Source: a virus
Length of the DNA: 64,000 nucleotides
Virus record (IMG/VR): IMGVR_UViG_3300036828_000755
Location: 32,001-96,000 of that record
Direction: 5' to 3' (one strand)
Shown here: piece by piece, positions 20,505 to 30,608 of the stretch
How the letters are laid out: each line of letters opens with the position of its first letter
How positions within the stretch are numbered: the first letter of the stretch is position 1
Made by a program: the position numbers and the translations under genes
The notes under the pieces: generated by a model
Databases searched by the model: none
Told to the model about the DNA's origin: nothing
Seen by the model: only the letters and a program-made list of their open reading frames with translations

Positions 20505-21487
20505 TACGCCCTTTGCCTCATCGGCACCAAGCTAAGTCTGCGGGTTGGCCACTGCCCGAGACCAGCCGTCGGCCCACTAAAAATTGGGTCCGCGTCCAAC
20601 GTGTATGTTTCCACGTCAATTGGGATGGGCACAGTGTTCTGCAAGAACAGCACGCCGCCAGCAACCGGGGAGACGTACACGTTCCAGTGCGTTGCCTTCA
20701 GTGGCGAAACAACCACCACCAAGACCTGCGCAGGGTCCTGGATTCCCGTCGGAGGGACGAGCGTCGAGATGTCGACGGAGATGACGTTCCCCGGTGACAT
20801 GTTAACGGTGATCCTGTCAGCAAGTTCCGACTCAGCATTGTTAACATTCGACGGATCTAGGTACAAGTTAGCCTGCGACATGTCGACGTACGAGATGACG
20901 ACGTCGCACTGGGTCCCGTCGAGCGTACCGTTGCCTGGGACCAGCGACACGTTGGCGTAGTCCCAGCTCCCAGAGTTCCTCGTAAAATACGAGGCTGGGG
21001 CGTACAGGGGGCGGAGGACGATAGGTATGCCTAGCCCAAAGAGCGTTGGCTGCACCCTCCTCGTCAGCTCATCCTTGTAGAGGTTCATCTTCTTCTCGTA
21101 CCTGTCGTTCACGGTGCGGGCAAAAGCATTCCTATAGAAGATCCTCAATGTCCAGAAAACGGCGAACTGCTTGATCCAATTCCACGCTGCTCCCGTGTCG
21201 CTGGACACGCAAACCTGCGTCAAGGCCGCCTTTACCCTGACGGAGTTTCCGATGCCAACGTTCAGGACGGCGGCAAGATGGTTGGCCGTGAGGTCGCCGG
21301 AGTTCAGGTAGCCTCCGAAAGCAACCATGAGCTTCTGGAGCTCGTTGGCAGTTTCCTCGATCCCGGCCCGAATGAGCCCGTTGTCCCCCTCAAGCGTGAT
21401 GGACTCGTTGTCAGCAACTACCTGGGTCTCCCCGTCAATCCTCATCAGATCATTGGTTGTAACGAAGATCTTGTCGGTGAAGAGCAA
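20504..21487 (-). CDS. Head-tail adaptor-like virion protein, about 327 aa
   Basis: ORF 20504..21604; likely TTG start at 21487 after GGGAGG; position after capsid genes. Confidence 0.55.
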   Translation of the reverse strand: MLFTDKIFVTTNDLMRIDGETQVVADNESITLEGDNGLIRAGIEETANELQKLMVAFGGYLNSGDLTANHLAAVLNVGIGNSVRVKAALTQVCVSSDTGAAWNWIKQFAVFWTLRIFYRNAFARTVNDRYEKKMNLYKDELTRRVQPTLFGLGIPIVLRPLYAPASYFTRNSGSWDYANVSLVPGNGTLDGTQCDVVISYVDMSQANLYLDPSNVNNAESELADRITVNMSPGNVISVDISTLVPPTGIQDPAQVLVVVVSPLKATHWNVYVSPVAGGVLFLQNTVPIPIDVETYTLDADPIFSGPTAGLGQWPTRRLSLVPMRQRA

Positions 21488-21506
21488 TCGAACCTCCCTA
21501 CTCCTA

Positions 21507-21548
21507 AAACAAAAATGGGGGCCAGACGGTGTCCCGCCGAGCCCCCAT
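21507..21548 (-). terminator. Terminator-like hairpin containing a CGG-CGGGACA-CCG inner stem-loop
   Basis: ATGGGGGC/GCCCCCAT stem followed by TTTTTGTTTT on minus strand. Confidence 0.5.
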
Positions 21549-21566
21549 AGATCCGTGCTGCTGAAT

Positions 21567-21935
21567 TTATGATTCCAGCCAGGCTCGGTATGTGCAACTC
21601 CCACCAGCCTCGATGTTGGAGAGCTTGAGGCGAAGCGTAGCGCCAGCCACGCCCAGCCGAAGGTCGGGAAAGTCCTGCTTCTTGAAAGACTTCACCTTGT
21701 CGGCGGAACTGACGAGCGCGCCCTTGAAGCTTACCGCTGGGCCCGAGAGCGAAGCGGTAAAACCGTTGATCGAGTCCTCGAAGACGAACCGAACTAGTGG
21801 GACAGCTGAACCGGAGTCGGACAACTGCGAAACGTTCAACTTCAGCGTCCAGTCGCCGGTGATACCGGAAGTGTCTATGCCAACGCCCGTATAGGGAGCT
21901 GTCTGCGTCTGCGAATCAATCTGCGTGAGGGTCAT
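21567..21935 (-). CDS. Beta-rich virion protein (possible capsid decoration), 122 aa
   Basis: ORF in head module, beta-strand composition. Confidence 0.5.
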   Translation of the reverse strand: MTLTQIDSQTQTAPYTGVGIDTSGITGDWTLKLNVSQLSDSGSAVPLVRFVFEDSINGFTASLSGPAVSFKGALVSSADKVKSFKKQDFPDLRLGVAGATLRLKLSNIEAGGSCTYRAWLES

Positions 21936-21981
21936 TTTCTGTTACCTCTTCCTTTTGAATTCCGGACGTATCCGGTACGAA

Positions 21982-22362
21982 TCACTCTGTCGGAACCTGG
22001 GACTTGGGACCCCGGCCCTTCTGTGCCGGCATCACGGTGGCATTGAGCGCCTGATTCGATTCTGCCCCACCGGTCACGATGACGTACTGCTGCTTCTTCT
22101 GCTGCTCTGCTCGGATGTGGGTCTTGAGCTGCTCTTCCTGCCACGAGTAGAATCGCTCGATCTCTTCCTCGCTCGATTCCCTGTGGGTCCCGTCCGTGAT
22201 CACTCGGGCAGCATTGCGGCAAGTCGCGCTCGCGATCGCGCCGGGGGTGGAGTTCCTTTCCCGATAAAAGAGGGAAGTAACGTGCACGACCCCGTCAGAA
22301 TGCTTTGCCTGGAGCTCCGCCTCTTTTGCTCGAAGGTCGGAGAAGTACTGCTTCAAATCCAT
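21982..22362 (-). CDS. Hypothetical protein after major capsid gene, 126 aa
   Basis: ORF track; co-oriented with operon. Confidence 0.6.
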   Translation of the reverse strand: MDLKQYFSDLRAKEAELQAKHSDGVVHVTSLFYRERNSTPGAIASATCRNAARVITDGTHRESSEEEIERFYSWQEEQLKTHIRAEQQKKQQYVIVTGGAESNQALNATVMPAQKGRGPKSQVPTE

Positions 22363-22435
22363 GTTTATGGTCCCCTAAACAGGTCAAGGCCGCGCTTGCA
22401 GACGCGGCCAACGACCAGTGGAAATGCGGCGAGGT

Positions 22436-23335
22436 TTAGCTGAGCACCTGCAGCCCGAACACGTTGCGAAGGACGGCGACGCCATAGAGCACGTCGACGG
22501 TAAACTGCTGCGCAAGGGTATTGGGGGCATAGCTCAACACTACGCGCATACCGAAGTTCCCGAGGGTGGCATACTCCGCCACGGCACCGGTATTCGGGAG
22601 AGGCTTGGGAAGCATGCGCATCACGAGGGCAAAGGCGTCCCGAGCAAAGGCAAGGTTGTACGTGGTGTTGCCAACCTTGGAAACGTACTGGCTGCGCATG
22701 ACAAAGAAATTCTTGAGTCTGCCGACCTGGCCAGACGGGATGACGTTCGAATACTCGGGCGAAACCTTGTCTTCCGAGAACCGCTGGATCTGGCGCATGT
22801 CAGAATAGGTCGAGCCGCTAACGAGCAAGAACTTCGGCAAGGAGTCGGAGACCTTCGCGTTGAACAGCGCAGTTTCAGCGCTATCGACCACGGATTCCGT
22901 GATCGTCGTGTTCCCGGTACCGACCAACGTGTTCGCAGTCAAGTTGAGGTAAAGCTGGGTAAGGTCGGTCTCGATTCGTTCCGCCAGCGAGATGATCGCT
23001 GGCATCATGTACATCTGGAGCAAGTCCGGGTGTGCCAGCACCCTCGTAACGTCCGGGATCTGGAAAGACGATTCCGCGTGCGTGTTGATGACCACCTGCG
23101 CATTACCAAGGCTGGGGTTCTGCGTCGCAACAGACCCGCCTTCTGCAATGTTGTTGGCGGCCATGACTGGCGGAATCGGTATATTGACGGTGTCCCCCTG
23201 GTTGGCGAGGTCTGCCTCATACGACCTGTTGACCAGGTTCCCCATGACGAGGTTACCGACCAACGCCGGCAAGGCGTCCGCCGCAACAAGTTTTACGATC
23301 GCATCAGCAACATTTGCTGAGGTAATGGCTGGCAT
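22436..23335 (-). CDS. Major capsid protein (HK97 fold, P22 coat-like), 299 aa
   Basis: Follows scaffold; GDTVNIPIPP and DVLYGVAVLR motifs typical of P22 gp5-like coats. Confidence 0.85.
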   Translation of the reverse strand: MPAITSANVADAIVKLVAADALPALVGNLVMGNLVNRSYEADLANQGDTVNIPIPPVMAANNIAEGGSVATQNPSLGNAQVVINTHAESSFQIPDVTRVLAHPDLLQMYMMPAIISLAERIETDLTQLYLNLTANTLVGTGNTTITESVVDSAETALFNAKVSDSLPKFLLVSGSTYSDMRQIQRFSEDKVSPEYSNVIPSGQVGRLKNFFVMRSQYVSKVGNTTYNLAFARDAFALVMRMLPKPLPNTGAVAEYATLGNFGMRVVLSYAPNTLAQQFTVDVLYGVAVLRNVFGLQVLS

Positions 23336-23359
23336 CTAGTTGGCTCCCTTTCTTTTTTA

Positions 23360-24145
23360 TTACGCGTTCTGTAGCGCAGCGCCAATGGACGCCACTATGC
23401 TATCTCGAACATCGGACTTCATGCCGACCTTGATATCGTTCAAGTCGGCCTTAACTCCCATTCGAACTCCAGGACTCGCTGGTGCTCCTGAACCCGAGGC
23501 GCCAGAGGCACGCAACAGGTAGGAATGTTCCTTGGTAAGGAAATCCTTGACAAAGGCATCGATCGGGAAATCACTACCGTTAATCGTGCCAACGAAGGAA
23601 CCGTCGTCAAGTTTCCGTACAGCTGGCTCAACCAGCGTGAAGGCCGTGTTCGAGGCCGCGTCGCTGATGAAGTGCATGTTCCCGAGCGCCTGCCTCACCG
23701 TCCCGTGCCGACTGGAAGTTTCCGCACGCTTCTCGGCCTCTTCCTTCTCCTTGCGAAGCGTCTCAATCTGCTGTCCCTGCGCCTTAGTCGTGTCCTGCAA
23801 CTGCTTAAGCAGGACATTGGTCTGGGGATCCGGGTTACCACCACCCTGTGGAGTGGGGTTCGGGTTCGGGCTCGGGTTCGGGCTCAACTTCCCTATAGCG
23901 TCGTTGATAGAAGTGAGGGAAGCATTGATCGGCGTAAGCTGCTCCTGGATAGCGGGAGCAAGCCCCTCCTTCTTAAACTTGTCGAGGGCCCCGGCCATCT
24001 TCGCCTCAACTACCTTGTTGACCTCGGTAATGACAGCTTCCATCGTCAACACAGCATTTGGGTCCGCGCCTCCCGCACCTCCCGCACCCCCAGCAACTCC
24101 TGCCGGCGCCATGAGTGGGCCCGCGTGAAACCTGTTAGTCAACAT
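23360..24145 (-). CDS. Capsid scaffolding protein, 261 aa
   Basis: Directly upstream of capsid gene; low-complexity N-terminus, coiled coil, KEHSYLLRASGASGSGA C-terminal motif. Confidence 0.75.
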   Translation of the reverse strand: MLTNRFHAGPLMAPAGVAGGAGGAGGADPNAVLTMEAVITEVNKVVEAKMAGALDKFKKEGLAPAIQEQLTPINASLTSINDAIGKLSPNPSPNPNPTPQGGGNPDPQTNVLLKQLQDTTKAQGQQIETLRKEKEEAEKRAETSSRHGTVRQALGNMHFISDAASNTAFTLVEPAVRKLDDGSFVGTINGSDFPIDAFVKDFLTKEHSYLLRASGASGSGAPASPGVRMGVKADLNDIKVGMKSDVRDSIVASIGAALQNA

Positions 24146-24271
24146 TTATCTAAGACTCCTCGATTCAGTTTTCATTTTAGCACGCCGAAACAAAACAGGT
24201 AATAACTATTTTGCCTACGTCTTAAAAGTTGTTGCCGCAGAACGTCCAGGAATTTTTGTTTCTCCTCTCAT

Positions 24272-25429
24272 TTATGGAACGTACTTCACACGGTTGCCGT
24301 CAGCCGGGTCATACCAAAGCTGTTTCGATCCGGCCGCCGGAGCCACTGATGGCAGTGCTGAAACTGCCAGCGTCGGCGTGGTCAGTGCTGGGCCGGTGTC
24401 ATCCGGCGTACCGATGGTGCAATGGCCGCTATAGTCGATGATCAGCCGATTGGTTTCGTTTCCGCTGGTTCTGAACCAAATCCCGCTGCCCCCGCGTCCA
24501 GTGATTATGAGGTCGCTGCAATAGAGGCGAAACGATGACAGTCCACCGTTGATCGTGGCGCAGTGGACCACGTTGTTCGTCATGACCAGGTCATCCACCA
24601 AAGTCAGCGATGCTCCCGCGTCATCGGTGGCCCCGATGGTGCAGTGCCCTGCGGAATCGATTGACAATCGCTGTGTTGGCGTGCTTCCAGTCAACAAAGA
24701 CAGACTGCCGGATGTAGTAAAGAGGTTGTGACCCGCCGCATCAATGTCGAAAGACCACGGCGTTTGCGTGGCTGGGTTTCCCTGCAATCCTTGTGGTCCG
24801 GTTAAACCCTGGGCACCGGTTGGACCTGTTGCTCCGGGTGCGCCATCGGCGCCGGGAACGCCCTGCGGTCCGCTGCTGCCAGCAGGACCAGCAACACCCT
24901 GCGGTCCCTGCGATCCGGTTGCTCCGGTTAAGCCCTGCGGCCCAGCCAGGCCCTGCGGCCCGGGTGGTCCCTGGATGTTGCCCGCATCCGTCCACGTCGT
25001 GTTCCAGACCCAAATGTGGTCCGTGTCCTGCGTGATGTAAGCGTCGCCGGCATTGGCTGATGCGGGCAGATCCGCATGCGTCGGCACGCTGCCAAGCAGC
25101 TTGATGCCGGTGCCGGGAGTGCCTTGCGGACCGGGAGTGCCTTGCGGACCGACGGCTCCGGTTGAACCGGGAGGGCCTTGCGGTCCCTGTGTTCCGGGCG
25201 ATCCCTGCAAACCCTGCGGCCCCTGCATTCCGGGAGGCCCCGAGGAACCGGTGGGACCAGCTGGGCCTGGTGCTCCCTGCGGACCGGGCGGTCCCGGTGG
25301 TCCGGCTAAGCTGGCTTGGCTGATTCCCACGGAAAACTGCACCTTGGGTACAATAGTAGCAGAAAATGTCTGGCCAAGAACTACGGGAGCAGGAGATTTT
25401 TCGGTAGGAGTCAAGGGTTTACCTCGCAA
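24272..25429 (-). CDS. Collagen-like (Gly-X-Y) fibre protein, 385 aa
   Basis: Two long GPxGPx blocks and a duplicated C-terminal motif ([12 protein letters not shown] / [12 protein letters not shown]). Confidence 0.8.
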   Translation of the reverse strand: MRGKPLTPTEKSPAPVVLGQTFSATIVPKVQFSVGISQASLAGPPGPPGPQGAPGPAGPTGSSGPPGMQGPQGLQGSPGTQGPQGPPGSTGAVGPQGTPGPQGTPGTGIKLLGSVPTHADLPASANAGDAYITQDTDHIWVWNTTWTDAGNIQGPPGPQGLAGPQGLTGATGSQGPQGVAGPAGSSGPQGVPGADGAPGATGPTGAQGLTGPQGLQGNPATQTPWSFDIDAAGHNLFTTSGSLSLLTGSTPTQRLSIDSAGHCTIGATDDAGASLTLVDDLVMTNNVVHCATINGGLSSFRLYCSDLIITGRGGSGIWFRTSGNETNRLIIDYSGHCTIGTPDDTGPALTTPTLAVSALPSVAPAAGSKQLWYDPADGNRVKYVP

Positions 25430-25829
25430 TCAATGCCGCTGTTTTTGGGGAATTAAGCGGCACGCGGACAGAACCTGGGGCCAACCTTGCGGCAGCCGAC
25501 CTAGTTATGTCCTTGGTCACCTGCACAGTACCAGCCAGCAAGGTCGTGACCCACGAGTTGGCGTCCATAATCTGAAGATCCCAAACATATGTTGCCTGGT
25601 TCAAGTTAAGCGTCACGTTGTGCGTCAGGACCATCGTGATGGTATTCCCAACAATGCTGCACTGGAATTGCGCAGCCACGATGGAGTTGGAATCAGCAGG
25701 GCCTAGGCGAACCTGTGACTGGGCGACGTACCCAGTCAAGTCAGCGACTGTGCCGTCCGTATTCAGGACGGTGACCGTTGCTATGAAGTCATCGCCCTGG
25801 TAAATTTCAAGGTTCGCTAAGCCAGGCAT
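25419..25829 (-). CDS. Ig-like / BppU-N-like virion adaptor protein, 136 aa
   Basis: LEIYQGDDF...YVWDLQI...TLLAGTVQV pattern common beside phage fibre genes. Confidence 0.55.
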   Translation of the reverse strand: MPGLANLEIYQGDDFIATVTVLNTDGTVADLTGYVAQSQVRLGPADSNSIVAAQFQCSIVGNTITMVLTHNVTLNLNQATYVWDLQIMDANSWVTTLLAGTVQVTKDITRSAAARLAPGSVRVPLNSPKTAALIAR

Positions 25830-25839
25830 GGTCTTGTTG

Positions 25840-26115
25840 TTACTTCTTTACAGCATGAGCCTCGTGGCTAGTTTCTGCCGTCGTTGCGAGCGCTGGGTTA
25901 CTGCCGACCAACGTCAAGATCTGGGCAATCGTCGGCTGTGCACCAACGTCAGAATCAGAACCTCGTCCAGCAGAGTTATTCGCCTTTCCCCAGTTAACCC
26001 GGTCCAGGTATTCGTCGACTTGCCGAAGCTGGTACGGCTTAAGCGAGCCAAGGGTAGAAGACGCCAGGGCATTGAACTGCGCGGTCGTCAAGCGAGTGTA
26101 CGGAACTTTAGGCAC
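25840..26115 (-). CDS. Hypothetical protein, 91 aa
   Basis: ORF track; tight packing between portal and next gene. Confidence 0.55.
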   Translation of the reverse strand: MPKVPYTRLTTAQFNALASSTLGSLKPYQLRQVDEYLDRVNWGKANNSAGRGSDSDVGAQPTIAQILTLVGSNPALATTAETSHEAHAVKK

Positions 26116-26127
26116 GTTGTTTCTCCT

Positions 26128-27840
26128 TTATTTTGGGGTGTTTGGTGACGGACCCGCGCCACCTCGTCCAGGGGGTTGTATGGGACCCTTGCTGCCGGGA
26201 GATGGTAAAGCTCCCTTGTTGCCTTGAGATCCCAGGGCTCCCTTGAGGCCCTGCTTCGCCATCTCGACGCGCTTCTTGAACTCGTCTTCCTCGCGTTCTT
26301 CGATGGTTGGTCCCGCGTCGATCTCCTTGTAAACCTTGTCAATCTCCTCGCGGTTCGCGTCCACCATCCAGGCCTTGGCAACCTTCTTGTAGAGGTACTT
26401 CTCGAACAGCTCGGAGGGAACCTTGATGCTGAGGACTGAACTGACGGCGAAGACTTCCTCCGTCGTCATGTCCTCCTGGAAAGTGAACCCACGAACATCG
26501 GGATGTATGCCCTCATCCTTGTGCGCGTCGCGAACATCTACCAGGACGTCTTGCATATGACGACGGAGGTCGTCCCCCATGCCAGCCAGGATCTGCTTGG
26601 CTGGGGACATCTCGAGCTGCTTACTCTTGCCGGATTGCATGGCAGGGGTTGCCCGCATGCTGCGGCCCTGCGCCTGCAAGTTCATGGACCTGAAGCACTC
26701 CTCCCTCAGCGACTCCACTCGCTTGGCAGAATGCACGAAACTCTTGCCTTCTGGCTCAGACCACATGTACTCCGTGCCTGCGGGAAACTGAAGGTAGCCG
26801 CTCTCCGTCTGCGTCATGTTCGTCGTGTCGACGTCGCCGATGATGATCGGGATCGCCAAGTTGGACATGAACAACGACCAGGCGAGCGTGTTGTCCTGGT
26901 TAAGGTGATCTACCAGAAGGAGGTAGGCTCGGTTGGCGAGCCACAGCCCCTCGCTGAGGAGGACCCTGCGAACAGGCAAACGATTCTTGTGAGAAAGCGC
27001 GTGCTGCCCGCGACGAATGAGCACAGCCATTCGGCCAGTATCATCGTAGCCGACCCTAACTTGCTCCTCGTTTTTTCTCCGATCCTCGTATACCCGGTAT
27101 TCAGCCCTGTCATAGTAGTACCACGTCGTGACTATCTCCCGCTCCCCAAGGAAGTCCTGGTCCTCAACCTCGGTCTTTATGACCGCCCACCGAAGTTCTC
27201 CCCTCTCGTCTGTTCGCCAATTGATGACGTTCAATGGCGTGTAGGCAGCGAGGTGTGGCTCGAGCAGCCCGCGACTCTTCTCCTCCTCGAGGGTTTTCGG
27301 CGGTTCTTCTCCCTCGCCTAGCGACGTCAAGTCCGTGAGTACCCAGGCAGAACCATATGTCAGCAAGAACTGGAACGTCTTCTTCCAGAAATCGATGTAC
27401 GAGAGCCCGAGCCCGTCGCAATTCTCGAGGAAGTCGCTGAAGAACCCCGTGTCCCGCTTCTTCCCTTGCTGATCGAAGAAGATCTCCGGCAATGTGTCAA
27501 ACATCGCGGCGCCATACCACCCGAGCCCGGTACCTAGTATATTCTGGTACGTGAAGCGGTCCATGCGAGCGGCGTAGACTTCCTCATCTTCCCTCGGCCT
27601 CTTCTTGAGGACGCGCTCGCACTTGGCTTTCAGGTAGGACCCGCCCTCATACATCAGGGACAAGTCAACCCAGGCCTCGAAACGGGAAGCAAACTCGGGG
27701 TGCTGCTGGTTAAGCTTGTTGACGGCGACGTACTTGTCGCTCGAGGTAGCCCCGACGGGGAATATGGCATTATTGCCCTGGCCATAAACTCCCGGCGCGC
27801 CCACGAACGTCATTGTAGGATTTATCGGTGTTGTGGCCAC
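26128..27840 (-). CDS. Portal protein, 570 aa
   Basis: Size and position between terminase and capsid genes; YLKAK...RPREDEEVYAARMDRFTYQN and YTPLNVINW motifs of DUF4055/SPP1-like portals. Confidence 0.85.
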   Translation of the reverse strand: MATTPINPTMTFVGAPGVYGQGNNAIFPVGATSSDKYVAVNKLNQQHPEFASRFEAWVDLSLMYEGGSYLKAKCERVLKKRPREDEEVYAARMDRFTYQNILGTGLGWYGAAMFDTLPEIFFDQQGKKRDTGFFSDFLENCDGLGLSYIDFWKKTFQFLLTYGSAWVLTDLTSLGEGEEPPKTLEEEKSRGLLEPHLAAYTPLNVINWRTDERGELRWAVIKTEVEDQDFLGEREIVTTWYYYDRAEYRVYEDRRKNEEQVRVGYDDTGRMAVLIRRGQHALSHKNRLPVRRVLLSEGLWLANRAYLLLVDHLNQDNTLAWSLFMSNLAIPIIIGDVDTTNMTQTESGYLQFPAGTEYMWSEPEGKSFVHSAKRVESLREECFRSMNLQAQGRSMRATPAMQSGKSKQLEMSPAKQILAGMGDDLRRHMQDVLVDVRDAHKDEGIHPDVRGFTFQEDMTTEEVFAVSSVLSIKVPSELFEKYLYKKVAKAWMVDANREEIDKVYKEIDAGPTIEEREEDEFKKRVEMAKQGLKGALGSQGNKGALPSPGSKGPIQPPGRGGAGPSPNTPK

Positions 27841-27850
27841 TTATTCAGAA

Positions 27851-28063
27851 TCACTCCAATTCATCGATAATCTGCACAATCTTTTCCCTACCAAGGAACA
27901 GCCACGCCTCGTCGTTGAACACGTGCAACGAGAAGAGCGCACGGGCAAGTTTGATGTCCTCGGCTACTCGCACGCAAGTAGGCCACAGGACACTCAAATC
28001 TGCCCTGCGCATCTCAGCATACCACAATTCCCTGATGATTTGTAGCAGGCCTTTGAATTCCAC
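27851..28063 (-). CDS. Hypothetical protein, 70 aa
   Basis: ORF track, co-oriented. Confidence 0.5.
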   Translation of the reverse strand: MEFKGLLQIIRELWYAEMRRADLSVLWPTCVRVAEDIKLARALFSLHVFNDEAWLFLGREKIVQIIDELE

Positions 28064-28065
28064 GT

Positions 28066-28800
28066 TCAGTTGCTGCGCAAATAAAGTCCACGATTCCTTC
28101 TGACAAAGATCAACCCTAACCCAGCGATCGCCAAGAGGATCGATGCCGGTTCAACTGTTGCTGAAGTGGTGAGCGAGGTGCTCGCACTCCAGTTCAAGTC
28201 CTCGCCCGCTGCCAACGTAATTGTGAACGCTTCATCGATCGAGTAAGGGGCAGAAAGCGAAGGAATGACGGCAGACTTGTCGTTGGAGAACGACCCTGCT
28301 GAAACGACCGGTGGCGTAGACAGGCCGGACGCGAAGGCCCCCGCCACGCAAGTTGACCCGAGCGGGTTAACCGTGGCAAGCACATCGGCAGAATTGACGC
28401 AGCTCTGGTAGGACATGGTACTCCCAGATGTCCCAACAACTACCGTCCCACCGACGTGGCTGAGCAGCGCGATGTTCGGCCCCACGGGCATGGTGAACTG
28501 GTCCGCAGAAATCTGGATCTGTATCGTTTGAGAAGTAGACGACAAGTTGTCCAGGTCAACGTTGGCCGACAGCAAATCAGCAAGCGTCGAGGTTCCCGGG
28601 TTGTTCGAAGTTGCGCCCAGGAGCGTGATCTGGAGCGGCGGCCCAGCCACGTTGGCGCAGCTTACCGGGGCCGGTGACACACTGTCGCAGGTCACCAGCG
28701 GCCCCGCCCCAACCTGGTACTGGATCTGGATTGTCCCACAATCCGCAACTGCAGCAAAAGCTGCTAGGTATGCGGAAAGCATAAGTATTGTTTTCTTCAT
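28066..28800 (-). CDS. Secreted protein with PEP-CTERM-like C-terminal sorting signal (VEPAS variant), 244 aa
   Basis: Signal peptide MKKTILMLSAYLAAFAAVA; Ser/Thr-rich body; C-terminal TVEPASILLAIAGLGLIFVRRNR. Confidence 0.7.
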   Translation of the reverse strand: MKKTILMLSAYLAAFAAVADCGTIQIQYQVGAGPLVTCDSVSPAPVSCANVAGPPLQITLLGATSNNPGTSTLADLLSANVDLDNLSSTSQTIQIQISADQFTMPVGPNIALLSHVGGTVVVGTSGSTMSYQSCVNSADVLATVNPLGSTCVAGAFASGLSTPPVVSAGSFSNDKSAVIPSLSAPYSIDEAFTITLAAGEDLNWSASTSLTTSATVEPASILLAIAGLGLIFVRRNRGLYLRSN

Positions 28801-28802
28801 CT

Positions 28803-30140
28803 CTATCTTACCTCCATCAAAAGCTCAGGCGATCCTTCGCCGTTGCCTACCGAACATCCTTCTTGTTCCATGACCTCGGCGTGCATCTTGCTCAACTCCT
28901 CGTTCAAGTCCGTGCGGTACTGCTTATTCGGTATGATCAACTCGTCGAGCAACTCGTACGGCTCGTCGAATGCCTCGTAGCAATCGTCCGCCATCCCAAT
29001 CGCGTCCGCAACCACGCCCGACCCAACAGAATGGACCAGGCCATCACCGTCAGCCATGACCTCGAACAGGTAGAAGCAATCTTCCTTTCCTTCTGGTATC
29101 CCACGGATTGGCACACCAACGTTCGGGCAAACTTTCTCTATGTCCGACAATTTCTTAGCTTCAAGAGGGTATGGGGGGATGGTGACGCGAACAGCTGCAC
29201 CAAACTGGTCTGTCATGTTCACGGCCGAGGCCTGACCCTTGGCAACGTCGGACATGAACTTCCCAACCCCTCCACGGAGCATCTTTATCAAGGTCGGCAT
29301 AGCATCATAGCCGAACCTTGGGGTCCACTCAAGGCCCCACACCCCCTCCCCGTTGACCACGGTGTTCAGGTCCATCGGGCCAACGTACCCGGACTCGACG
29401 ATGAGCCTCTCGGCCCTCAATATCCCCTCACTGATTATCCTGCAAGTCTCGTCGTGCTCGGCCCACACGAGGTTTCCAGCACACCCGGTCGCTTGTCCCA
29501 GCTCCCCGTTCAAGGCTTTCTTGACCTCTACGGTATGGTTCAACGGACGCAAGAAGCGGTTGCCGTCGCACCATGCCTCCGTTGAAACACACACGCCCTC
29601 CTTGAACTCTTGCAAGATGAACGACTCAATTTCCTTCCCAAAATACTTGTCAACGTACTCCGCCCACCTGACCAAGTCGTCGCCATCGTGGGAGCAGTAC
29701 GTCAACGAGCAAGGGAGATCCTTGCCCGAGGGCTTGAAGACGAACCTCTTGCCATCGTCGTGTTCTTCCAGGAACGACCTGACCTCGTCCACGCTGAAGT
29801 CGTCGAACTTCGCCGTGTACGGTACCTTGATCCCGGCCTGCTCCATCAAGTTCAGCCCAAACATCCTGTCCTGCTCAAGCTCATCGGCAAACACCGAGCC
29901 CGCCACGGTCGCGAATCCTTCTTTACGGAGGTTGTCGGCAATGTCTCCCATGCCGGAAAAGTCGAATACCACGACCGTACCTTCTGCGGGCTCGATCTTC
30001 TCTGTCTTGGGTATCAGCCCGTCCCAGACAGAGCGATAGTCGGGCTGGTTGATGTACAGCTCAACCTGGTTTCCCTCCTGCTCAATCTGGTGAAGGAGGT
30101 GCGCGCCCTCCCCGACGTTCGACACCATCAAGAATCTCAT
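28803..30140 (-). CDS. PurD (GAR synthetase)-like ATP-grasp ligase, 445 aa
   Basis: ELEQDRMFG, FVFKPSG, FILQEFKEG, ELGQATGCAG, LEWTPRFGYD motifs parallel the PurD ATP-grasp motifs. Confidence 0.75.
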   Translation of the reverse strand: MRFLMVSNVGEGAHLLHQIEQEGNQVELYINQPDYRSVWDGLIPKTEKIEPAEGTVVVFDFSGMGDIADNLRKEGFATVAGSVFADELEQDRMFGLNLMEQAGIKVPYTAKFDDFSVDEVRSFLEEHDDGKRFVFKPSGKDLPCSLTYCSHDGDDLVRWAEYVDKYFGKEIESFILQEFKEGVCVSTEAWCDGNRFLRPLNHTVEVKKALNGELGQATGCAGNLVWAEHDETCRIISEGILRAERLIVESGYVGPMDLNTVVNGEGVWGLEWTPRFGYDAMPTLIKMLRGGVGKFMSDVAKGQASAVNMTDQFGAAVRVTIPPYPLEAKKLSDIEKVCPNVGVPIRGIPEGKEDCFYLFEVMADGDGLVHSVGSGVVADAIGMADDCYEAFDEPYELLDELIIPNKQYRTDLNEELSKMHAEVMEQEGCSVGNGEGSPELLMEVR

Positions 30141-30608
30141 CTACAGTGCCTCTACCCTCGCGTCATGGATTTGCCAGTTCACGCCAGCTTGGGAAGCTAC
30201 CAACCTCTCCACTATGTCGGCAATCAGGTGTTGCCTGTGGTACGGTGCAAGCGGAGAATTACCGGGCTCAGGCAACGAGTCCTCGTTCCGGTTCTGCTCG
30301 TAGAACTTGTCGAAGTCATCGATCGCGTTCTCGGACACGAGGCATTCCCTGCAGAGCGTCGCCTCGATCAGCTCATGTATCGCCACCAGCATGTTGCTCG
30401 CGTGATCACCCGTGTCGGAGACCCGGATCCGGAGACCTTCAGACAAGAACTGCCAATCGCCGCAAGTCTCGTACCTCTGATCCTTGTGCGGGATAACTTC
30501 TGCCAAGAAGAGGAACTTGTTACCCGACGCTGTACCCAACGTAGGGACCTCCCCCGCTAGCGGAACTGTCGATCTCGAACTGCGAAAGGTCGAGAGCGTT
30601 CTGCCCAC
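30141..30608 (-). CDS. Hypothetical protein with HExxE zincin-like motif (start uncertain)
   Basis: PHKDQRYETCGDW...LVAIHELIEATLC...PYHRQHLIADIVE; the GTG start at 30608 overlaps the upstream gene by 89 nt, and a TTG near 30504 is an alternative. Confidence 0.55.
   Translation of the reverse strand: MGRTLSTFRSSRSTVPLAGEVPTLGTASGNKFLFLAEVIPHKDQRYETCGDWQFLSEGLRIRVSDTGDHASNMLVAIHELIEATLCRECLVSENAIDDFDKFYEQNRNEDSLPEPGNSPLAPYHRQHLIADIVERLVASQAGVNWQIHDARVEAL

Noticed and set aside
20504-21604. GTG start at 21604 as given in the ORF track
   Set aside because: It overlaps the upstream gene and spans a terminator-like hairpin; TTG at 21487 has a GGGAGG RBS.
28803-30140. Bona fide purD auxiliary metabolic gene
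   Set aside because: Divergent from typical PurD at the N-terminus, no other purine genes, and located in the packaging operon; kept only as PurD-like ATP-grasp.
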